DNA of 33,051 nucleotides, taken from a virus. Its lineage: Duplodnaviria > Caudoviricetes. The stretch spans positions 1-33,051 of IMG/VR virus record IMGVR_UViG_3300037790_000142; one strand, written 5' to 3'. Of this stretch, positions 8,426 through 15,322 are shown one piece after another; the stretch's first letter is position 1, and the number at the start of each line of letters is the position of its first letter. The notes under the pieces are model-generated. The model saw nothing but the letters and a program-made list of their open reading frames with translations, did no database searches and was not told where the DNA came from. Position numbers and translations under genes: made by a program.

Positions 8426-8697
8426 TGTCGGGATCAGAGGTTGAAGCGGCAAAAATTCTTGCACATCAATCCCGGTGTCCGGTCTGCGGCGCGGGCGTCT
8501 GCAACGGCGGCGGCGGCGCGCATTTCGCTTCCGCGACATTCAGTTGCGGCGCGATGTTCGAAACCTATAGCGCGGGCGTCAGGGCCATCGAAGCCTGTCC
8601 TTGTCCTTCAAACATTGCGGCGGCTGCGCTCACAAGGGAGGCCGGGATCCTGCCCCACAACACCAACGCTCAAGACCTGACTGAGGAAGGTGAATGA
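8425..8697 (+). CDS. Small Cys-rich hypothetical protein
   Basis: TGATG coupling; CPVC, FSCGA, ACPC. Confidence 0.65.
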   Translation: MSGSEVEAAKILAHQSRCPVCGAGVCNGGGGAHFASATFSCGAMFETYSAGVRAIEACPCPSNIAAAALTREAGILPHNTNAQDLTEEGE

Positions 8698-8954
8698 TGG
8701 CGATAAACCTGCTCAACGCCCCGCTCTTCCTTTCCGCACAATGGCTGGAGGAGAACCAGAGTGCCCGCATGACCGCTAAGGGCAAGTTGGGGTATCTTCT
8801 GACAGAATTCGGCGGCAGCTACTCCAGGGGTGATCCGGAGAAACTGAACATCGCGGGTGTCAGCGTGAGCTGTACCAGCGGAACCGACAATCTGCTCTCC
8901 GCATGGAAGCGGAAGGCGGACGCAAAACTCAACAGCATTTTGCAGGGCAAATAA
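8694..8954 (+). CDS. Hypothetical protein
   Basis: ATGA coupling, GAGGAAGG RBS. Confidence 0.65.
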   Translation: MMAINLLNAPLFLSAQWLEENQSARMTAKGKLGYLLTEFGGSYSRGDPEKLNIAGVSVSCTSGTDNLLSAWKRKADAKLNSILQGK

Positions 8955-8955
8955 C

Positions 8956-9147
8956 GTGCCCCGTCCCGCCGTATCCGAACCGGTTGATCTGTTTCGGTGG
9001 CGGGACGCGCGAGACATCGAGGCGCGGCGCCGGGAACTCGCCCGGCGCATTGAGAAGCTCAAACCGAATGCATGGCGACGGATCGAACTGCAGGCGCAAC
9101 TGGCGCAGCTCACCGTCCAGGCGCTGGAACTGGAGATGCGGAAATGA
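8956..9147 (+). CDS. Hypothetical coiled-coil protein
   Basis: GTG start 1 nt after previous stop; ends in ATGA overlap. Confidence 0.6.
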   Translation: MPRPAVSEPVDLFRWRDARDIEARRRELARRIEKLKPNAWRRIELQAQLAQLTVQALELEMRK

Positions 9148-9620
9148 ACGAACACCCTCAATATGAATGCCGCGAATGCGGGATTACAAACAGCATTCCC
9201 GGCATTGAAATCAATGGCGAGGTGCTTGCCTGGGCCGACGACGATCTCTGCTGTTTCTGCCAGGACCGACTTCATGCCGCGCTGATCCGCGACGCTGCCA
9301 GGTACCGGAACCTGCGCAACCGGCAAGGACAATCCAACGATATAGGTGTTGCCGCTTTTTTACACGCGCCGGACAACGCCATTCTGGATGGCGAGGATCT
9401 CGATCGCGCGATTGACCAAAGGTTGGGCTTCGACAGTCCTGAGGTAGAGCCGCTGGAAAAGCGGCTGGCGGACTGCCTGGCAGCGATCATCGACACGCCG
9501 CTCTTCTCCGGTCATGACGAAACCGGGCGCCCCTCCTCGGCGCTGGACATCCGGCTCGGGTTCTTCCGGCCGGAGCTTTCCGAACGCGCGGCCGAGTTGC
9601 TTGAGGAAGCCGGGCAATGA
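9144..9620 (+). CDS. Hypothetical protein with N-terminal zinc finger
   Basis: CRECG...WADDDLCCFC then DAARYRNLR; GGAG RBS; coupled both ends. Confidence 0.7.
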   Translation: MNEHPQYECRECGITNSIPGIEINGEVLAWADDDLCCFCQDRLHAALIRDAARYRNLRNRQGQSNDIGVAAFLHAPDNAILDGEDLDRAIDQRLGFDSPEVEPLEKRLADCLAAIIDTPLFSGHDETGRPSSALDIRLGFFRPELSERAAELLEEAGQ

Positions 9621-10249
9621 ACGCGCTTGCCATACTGCACATTGCCAAGAAGCAGCTCGGGCTTGATGACAACACCTGGCGGGATTTGCTCGAACGGGAA
9701 ACCGGCAAGCGATCTTCGAAGGACATGAGCGACGGCGAGCGCGGCCGTGTGCTCGACGTGCTCAAGAGCCAGGGTTTCAAACCGGCTTCACGGTCCTCTC
9801 GAAAGGGTCTTGAAGGCAAGTATGCGGGTAAATTGCAGGCGCTCTGGATCGCCGGCTGGAACCTTGGCCTGATGCGGGAAAACGGCGCCGACGCGGCGCT
9901 GCTCGCCTTCGTCAAGCGACAGACCGGGATCGATCACACCCGCTTCCTGCGCTACCACGATGACGCCACCAAGGCGATCGAGGCGCTCAAGGCCTGGCTT
10001 GCCCGCGACGGCGGCGTGGACTGGTCGGAAAGCCGGTTCCTGCCGGAGTGGACGCAGACGAACGGCTACCGGATCGCCAAGGCGCAACAGCGGATGATTT
10101 CCGCGTTTGGCCCGGGAGCGATCTTCGAGCTCCACAAGATGCTCGGCGACAACGGCTTCGACAACGCCGCCACCATTACCGACACCGGCTGGATCGACGT
10201 CATGAACAAGATGGGCGCGATGATCCGTTCGCGGAAAGGCAGCGTCTGA
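9617..10249 (+). CDS. gemA: GemA/gp16 (DUF1018) regulatory protein
   Basis: LHIAKKQLGLDD..WRDLL...TGKRSSKDMS, KLQALW, LLAFVKRQTG, AIEALKAW. Confidence 0.92.
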   Translation: MNALAILHIAKKQLGLDDNTWRDLLERETGKRSSKDMSDGERGRVLDVLKSQGFKPASRSSRKGLEGKYAGKLQALWIAGWNLGLMRENGADAALLAFVKRQTGIDHTRFLRYHDDATKAIEALKAWLARDGGVDWSESRFLPEWTQTNGYRIAKAQQRMISAFGPGAIFELHKMLGDNGFDNAATITDTGWIDVMNKMGAMIRSRKGSV

Positions 10250-10269
10250 TGCGGTCCGCCAATGTGAAG

Positions 10270-10803
10270 TCAGGCTTCCGGGACCTCGTTTCTACTCGCC
10301 AAGCGCAGGGTGCAGCCGCAGAAACGCATGGTGCAGTCGGGATGAGGGAGAGCCGGCCGGTTGTCTCGGCTGAAGAACTTGCCGTCGTTTTCATCGGCCG
10401 CAGCGCACTCATCGAAAGGTGGCTTGATCCAGATAAGGCCAGGGAAGGAATTAAGCGGTGCGTCAGCCTCCTTGTCCTCATGGACTGCACGATAGAACAG
10501 GCCCATTACGCCTCCACAAAGCTCCTCGAAGTCCTCGCGAGCCGATTTGTAGAACGGGCTGTCGTCTTCATCGTAGACTTCGTGATTTTCCCTCACGGAG
10601 GCTTCCTCATCAGCCTTGAGAAAGTCTGCGGGAATATCGTCTTTAAGGATTGCCCGCCACGTGTGACCAGCATTGAAGTGCTTGGCCATCAGCTCGCCGT
10701 AGAGCGGCAAATGGTGCCTATTAACGATCGGGAGTTTTTTCCAGGCCTCATCAATGAATGGTCCGATGTCGCGCTTGCCGCCAAAGTAATCCGCGTCCGG
10801 CAT
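10270..10803 (-). CDS. Antisense accessory gene (moron), Cys-containing C-terminus
   Basis: Opposite strand, visibly lower GC; best RBS (GGTGGAAGGA) before ATG 10803, ORF open to 10872; C..LPHPDC...CGC tail. Confidence 0.6.
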   Translation of the reverse strand: MPDADYFGGKRDIGPFIDEAWKKLPIVNRHHLPLYGELMAKHFNAGHTWRAILKDDIPADFLKADEEASVRENHEVYDEDDSPFYKSAREDFEELCGGVMGLFYRAVHEDKEADAPLNSFPGLIWIKPPFDECAAADENDGKFFSRDNRPALPHPDCTMRFCGCTLRLASRNEVPEA

Positions 10804-10892
10804 GATCCTTCCACCACCCATTCTCTCACACTGGTCGCCCATATCTTCGAATCCGTCGGCACCAAGAGTCAACCTCTGATCGGTAGTGCGTG

Positions 10893-11330
10893 ATGGTGGC
10901 CTACAGCTTCAAAACCTATTTCGCGCCGCAGATCCTCGATCTGACCAAGACCCACACTATAAGGGGGCATCGCCGCCGGCATGCCCAGGTGGGCGAACCG
11001 GTGCAGCTTTTTACCGGCATGCGGACGAAGCACTGCAAGAAGATCATGGACGATCCTGTTTGTGTGGCAGTACGGCCGATCCGGATCATGTTCTCCGATT
11101 TGATTGATGAAGGCATTGCATCGATCGAGATCAGGGGGCGCCAGCTTTGCCGCGACGAAATCGAGGCCTTCGCCGTTTCGGATGGCTTCGCCCCGGAGCG
11201 TCTTTCCGGGTTGGCTCCAAGGAGGTTGATAGCTGTCACCGCCCGCGAAACCATGAGCCGGTTCTGGGCAAGCGAAAATCGCGGGCCGATGTTCGAAGGC
11301 GTCATTATCGAATGGAGGCCGGCACAATGA
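10893..11330 (+). CDS. ASCH-domain-like protein
   Basis: AYSFKTYFAPQI..TKTHTIR, GEPVQLFTGMRT, FAVSDGF, VIIEW. Confidence 0.8.
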   Translation: MVAYSFKTYFAPQILDLTKTHTIRGHRRRHAQVGEPVQLFTGMRTKHCKKIMDDPVCVAVRPIRIMFSDLIDEGIASIEIRGRQLCRDEIEAFAVSDGFAPERLSGLAPRRLIAVTARETMSRFWASENRGPMFEGVIIEWRPAQ

Positions 11331-11581
11331 CAGTCCGCGCTTCCGATCATGCTGTCCTTCGCTATCTCGAACGGGTAGCCGGCATCGACATCGAAGACGT
11401 GCGCGCGGCGATGGAAGCCGAGTGCCAGAACCACAACGGCGCGCCTTCGGTCAGGATCCGCGGTGCACGCTACCTGCTGCGCGACGGCTGCATCGTCGAC
11501 GTCCTCAACGGCAAGGTCGTTCCCTACTGGAATGTCCTGCAGGATCTGATGCGAACGAGAGACGGGGAGCTTCGCCGGTGA
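11327..11581 (+). CDS. Hypothetical phage protein (SDHAVLRYLER motif)
   Basis: GGAGG RBS, ATGA/GTGA coupling. Confidence 0.72.
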   Translation: MTVRASDHAVLRYLERVAGIDIEDVRAAMEAECQNHNGAPSVRIRGARYLLRDGCIVDVLNGKVVPYWNVLQDLMRTRDGELRR

Positions 11582-11952
11582 TCCCTGAACCCGCACTCGC
11601 GGCAGAATTAAACGAGCTGCTTGGGCGTGACGATTTCGTCCGGCTTGCCGAGACCTATGGAGGCACGCGGTTGTTCGTGCCGCGACGGATCGCGGAGACC
11701 AAGCTGTCCCACTCCCTCGGGGGCACGGTTGCCGAGAGGCTCGCCGAGCGGTATGCAGGCAGTTACCTCCGTGTCCCTCTTGCCCGCGGCGAGCGTGCGC
11801 GGCACTATCGGGAACGCGGCCTGTCGAATGCCGAGATCGCCCGCAAGCTCGGCCTCACCGAAACCGGCGTCGACAAGATCTTCGCACGGATGGACGGAAA
11901 GCCTGAAAAAGGCGCCGATTCGCGCCAGGGCCAGCTCTTCCCCCTCGACTGA
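11578..11952 (+). CDS. Mor/C-family transcription activator
   Basis: LAETYGGTRLFVP and YAGSYLRVP motifs, C-terminal HTH GLSNAEIARKLGLTETGV; last gene before lysis genes. Confidence 0.85.
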   Translation: MIPEPALAAELNELLGRDDFVRLAETYGGTRLFVPRRIAETKLSHSLGGTVAERLAERYAGSYLRVPLARGERARHYRERGLSNAEIARKLGLTETGVDKIFARMDGKPEKGADSRQGQLFPLD

Positions 11953-11968
11953 TTGATCTCACTCACCC

Positions 11969-12017
11969 CATGCCCGCCGAGGCGGGCATGAGCGTTCCCC
12001 CCCATGACTGACATCCT
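11969..12017 (+). promoter_or_regulatory. Putative late promoter (lysis/packaging operon): activator palindrome + -10
   Basis: CATGCCCGCC-GA-GGCGGGCATG 11969-11990; CATCCT 12012-12017; second copy at 19542. Confidence 0.8.
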
Positions 12018-12103
12018 GCGTTAAGCAGCCAGGCGATTGCCCGCTGCCCTGTCAACCTCAACCGGTCGGCCCGTGCCGGCCGGTATCTGCGCCGGAGCCA
12101 GTC

Positions 12104-13060
12104 ATGCCGACCTATGATCCTCGCCTTCTCCCATTCACAGGCGGACACGAAGGCAAGGTACTCCGAGCCTATCGCGATCCTGTCGGGGTGGTGACCATCG
12201 GTTTCGGGTTCACCTGGGGCTCAAGGGTGTTTCGGGAATGGTGGCTCGACAAGCACGGCCGCAAGCTCAAACTCGGTGACCGGATCGCGGAAGCCGATGC
12301 CTATGCGGTGCTCAAGAAACTGATCGACGCCGAGTACTACGGCCCGGTCCGCAAGTATGCGAGCCACGCTTCCCCGCATGCCCAGGCTTCGGCCACCGAC
12401 ATGCTGTTCAATTGCGGTCTGGGCGCTTCCAAGTGGACTTGGTTCAAGGCGCTTGTGAGAGGAGATATTCGCGACGCGGCACGCCGGCTGAAGGTGACCG
12501 CCACCACGGCGAAAGGCCGGCGGTTGCCCGGACTTGTTCGCCGACGCGCCGAAGCCGCCGCCATCATGGAGTTCAACAAGTGGCCGGCCTGGGTGAAAGT
12601 GCCAAGGTCGAGCGGTTCCTCAGACATCGCCGAATCGATGCCGGCGTGGCGTCTCGGCGAGGACGATTTCAATCAGGGCGTCCGGTGGCTGGTAGATCTG
12701 AGCTACCTTTCCGACAAAGCGGCAGCACCGGATCTTGTAACCTCCGCAGTCCGTCGCTTTCAGGAGGCGCATCCGCAGCTAGACAATGACGGGATCCTCG
12801 GCCGGGCCACTCTCGACCAGATCCAGCGGGTCATCGACGCCAGGGCGAAGTCGGCGAAAGGTGCGGCCGGCACTGGCGCCGGTGCCGCCACGGGCGCGGC
12901 CGAGCAGGCGGTCTCGGCCACTGGCTATGGAGACCTCATTCTCTATGGCAGCCTTGCGGTTCTCGTTGTTGGCGGGATCTGGCTTGCCTGGCGGTATCGG
13001 GATGAACTCGCGATCACGATCAAAGGCGCGGGCTCCCTGAAAGCGGGTGGCCGGGCATGA
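12104..13060 (+). CDS. Endolysin: GH24 lysozyme + peptidoglycan-binding domain + C-terminal TM
   Basis: HEG...YRDPVGVVTIGFG (E-x8-D-x5-T), LPGLVRRRAEA; VRRFQ..HPQLDNDGILGRAT; hydrophobic tail. Confidence 0.92.
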   Translation: MPTYDPRLLPFTGGHEGKVLRAYRDPVGVVTIGFGFTWGSRVFREWWLDKHGRKLKLGDRIAEADAYAVLKKLIDAEYYGPVRKYASHASPHAQASATDMLFNCGLGASKWTWFKALVRGDIRDAARRLKVTATTAKGRRLPGLVRRRAEAAAIMEFNKWPAWVKVPRSSGSSDIAESMPAWRLGEDDFNQGVRWLVDLSYLSDKAAAPDLVTSAVRRFQEAHPQLDNDGILGRATLDQIQRVIDARAKSAKGAAGTGAGAATGAAEQAVSATGYGDLILYGSLAVLVVGGIWLAWRYRDELAITIKGAGSLKAGGRA

Positions 13061-13239
13061 TCGGATTCCTCACCGCTTCATTGATTGTCGTCATTCTTCT
13101 CGCGTGCGGCCTCGGGTCAGTCATCGCCGCTCTTGTGTGCTTGCTCGCGGGCAAGGGAAAAGCGGCCGCTGCATGGCTTGTGCCCGTGCTCGTTTCATCC
13201 GGGCTCCTGTTTCTCATCGCGCGGGAAGTGATGTCATGA
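13057..13239 (+). CDS. Small 2-TM membrane protein (lysis accessory/holin-like)
   Basis: 60 aa, almost entirely hydrophobic, coupled both ends. Confidence 0.65.
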   Translation: MIGFLTASLIVVILLACGLGSVIAALVCLLAGKGKAAAAWLVPVLVSSGLLFLIAREVMS

Positions 13240-13781
13240 GCGTCATCGGCGGAATCATCGCGGGTGTCGCGGCCGAGGTCGGCGCGCCGCTCATCAAACG
13301 TGTTCTCGAAAGAAGGTTTGGCAAGGCCTCAGGCGACCTCGCCGAAACCGTGATCAAGACCGTCGCAGAAAAGGCGGGCGCCGAACCGATCGAACTTGAA
13401 GATCTCAAGCCGGCCAACCTCAAGGAAGCGGTCAAGGCGGCAGAGGCAGAAATGCCCGAGCTGATCGCGCTCTACACGGCGGGGCTCGAAGGCCAGTTCG
13501 CACTCCTGCAATCGGAAAGCCGGGAAGGTTTCTGGCAATCGTTCTGGCGCTACGGCTGGATGTACCTGCTCGCCGTTTTCTGGATCTGGCGCATCATCGT
13601 CGCGCCGATTGTCAACCAGCGGATCGGCTCAGGTGGCGGCGTGTTGATCGAGACGGTCGATCTGGCCACGCTGATGACGCTCACCTCCTGGTTCATGGCG
13701 CTCTACATGGGCGGGCACACCGTCAAGGATCTCGGCCGCAACGTGATCGACGCCGTTCTAAAGCGGAGCCGTAAACCGTGA
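13236..13781 (+). CDS. Holin-like membrane protein (GTA 3TM-holin-like)
   Basis: WQSFWRYGWMYLL TM segment, LYMGGHTVKD; in lysis cassette. Confidence 0.7.
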   Translation: MSVIGGIIAGVAAEVGAPLIKRVLERRFGKASGDLAETVIKTVAEKAGAEPIELEDLKPANLKEAVKAAEAEMPELIALYTAGLEGQFALLQSESREGFWQSFWRYGWMYLLAVFWIWRIIVAPIVNQRIGSGGGVLIETVDLATLMTLTSWFMALYMGGHTVKDLGRNVIDAVLKRSRKP

Positions 13782-13993
13782 GCGGCACCGATTTCATGAT
13801 CGAGCAGGCGGAGGCGAAGGTCGCGCTTGAACGCGACCTGAAGCTTGGTGCGGTTAAAGCGCTGGTCGGTGGCACAGGTGCGGCCGACTGCAAGGATTGC
13901 GGATCGGAAATTCCGGCGGCACGTCGCGCGGCGGCGCCTTGGGCAAAACGTTGCATCACGTGTCAGGAAGCATTCGAACGGGGGCGGCGCTGA
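13778..13993 (+). CDS. TraR/DksA C4-type zinc-finger protein
   Basis: CKDCGSEIPAARRAAAPWAKRCITCQ. Confidence 0.9.
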   Translation: MSGTDFMIEQAEAKVALERDLKLGAVKALVGGTGAADCKDCGSEIPAARRAAAPWAKRCITCQEAFERGRR

Positions 13994-13994
13994 A

Positions 13995-14408
13995 ATGGAT
14001 GAATGGGCAACCAGACTGATTGAGCAGGCCGGGCCGGTGGGGGCAGCGTTCGGCGTTGTCATCATTGCAGCGGGTGGAGCGATCGCTTGGGCAAAGGGGC
14101 TTTTCGGCAAGCTGTCGTCCGGCTCAAAGTCGGAGCCGGTATCAAATGGCAAGCCGGACGGCAATGACGAAGTCGTGGCCGCGCTGCGGGAGATCAATCA
14201 GCAGCTGAGTTCGTTCGACCGGCGTATCGATGCTCTCGAACGGGACATCTCATCCCGGCCGAGCGACAGGGATTTCCACGAGTTGGAAAAAGCGATCGCA
14301 GTCATGGCCAACACCATTGAACATTTCGGGGGGAAAATCGCCGCGACCGGTGAAGCAGTGACCCGAATAGAGGATTTTCTCCTCAGCCTGTCGAAAGGGA
14401 AAAACTGA
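13995..14408 (+). CDS. Membrane-anchored coiled-coil protein (Mu gp25/DUF2730-like position)
   Basis: N-terminal TM, coiled coil, RIEDFLL end; TGATG coupling downstream. Confidence 0.65.
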   Translation: MDEWATRLIEQAGPVGAAFGVVIIAAGGAIAWAKGLFGKLSSGSKSEPVSNGKPDGNDEVVAALREINQQLSSFDRRIDALERDISSRPSDRDFHELEKAIAVMANTIEHFGGKIAATGEAVTRIEDFLLSLSKGKN

Positions 14409-14719
14409 TGTTCGAAGGTTATCGCGAACACTACAATGCCGAGGCTCGGCTGGTCATTCTCAGGGCATTGTCGGAAGAGACCGGCTATAGGCTCAACGAC
14501 AGCATGATTGCAGCCATTCTGCAGTCATTCGGCATCGACCGAGGCCGAGCTTACGTGCGCAATCAGCTTACCTGGCTTTGCGAAACCGCCGGCGCCGTCT
14601 CCCTGCTACCAGCGGGGACGGCCGTCATCGCGGAATTGCGAGAGCCCGGGCTTGACCATGTCGAACGCCGGACGGTGCTCGAAGGTGTCAAGCGGCCGTC
14701 GCCCCGCCGGGGAGCGTAA
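14408..14719 (+). CDS. Mu gp26-like winged-helix protein
   Basis: RLVILRAL...YRLNDS...VRNQLTWL...GLDHV...GVKRPSP. Confidence 0.82.
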   Translation: MFEGYREHYNAEARLVILRALSEETGYRLNDSMIAAILQSFGIDRGRAYVRNQLTWLCETAGAVSLLPAGTAVIAELREPGLDHVERRTVLEGVKRPSPRRGA

Positions 14720-14722
14720 CAG

Positions 14723-15322
14723 ATGGGCACGAGCCTCAAGGGCCGTGGCCGGCTTTCCGGTATCGAGCTGCTGCCGTCCGAAGCCTCGCCGGTGATTGCC
14801 TGGGCGGCCAACGAGCTGCGCGGCCGAGACCGGACACAGACAGAAATCTACGAAGAGTTTGTCCAGAAGCTCGAAGCCCTTCACCGGGAGCACCGAGGCG
14901 AACTTGACTTCACCATACCGTCCTTCTCGGCGTTCAACCGGCATGCGGTCAAGCTTGCGACCCTTGCGCGGCGGCTGGACGAAACCCGTGAGATTACCGG
15001 CGTGCTTGCCGAGAAGTTCGACGCCAAGGCATCCGACGATCTCACCGTCATCGCGGCCGAGGCGATCAAGACGCTGATTTTCGAGGTGCTGACGGCAGCC
15101 GGAGACGCCGGAATTGAGCCGAAGGACGCGATGAACCTTGCCAATGCCCTGCGCGCGGCAACCCAAGCCCAGGGCGTTTCGACCAACAGGAGGGAGAAGG
15201 TCGAGAAGCAGTTTGCGGCCGATGTCGACAAGGCCGTCGAAAGCGTCGCGAAGGCTAAGGGCCTGACGTCCGAAACCGTCGAGGCGATCAAGTCGCAGAT
15301 CCTCGGGGTGCGCAAGGAATGA
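14723..15322 (+). CDS. Mu gp27-like (DUF3486), putative terminase small subunit
   Basis: GRGRLSGIELLP, SFSAFNRH, GLTSETVEAIKSQILGV; precedes terminase. Confidence 0.85.
   Translation: MGTSLKGRGRLSGIELLPSEASPVIAWAANELRGRDRTQTEIYEEFVQKLEALHREHRGELDFTIPSFSAFNRHAVKLATLARRLDETREITGVLAEKFDAKASDDLTVIAAEAIKTLIFEVLTAAGDAGIEPKDAMNLANALRAATQAQGVSTNRREKVEKQFAADVDKAVESVAKAKGLTSETVEAIKSQILGVRKE

Noticed and set aside
13057-13239. u-spanin (LLAC lipobox + C-terminal TM)
   Set aside because: No basic n-region, weak lipobox and no periplasm-spanning domain in 60 aa
13293-13333. Additional phased hexamer array in the holin-like gene
   Set aside because: Steps are 12/12/11 and most hexamers deviate; explainable by codon periodicity
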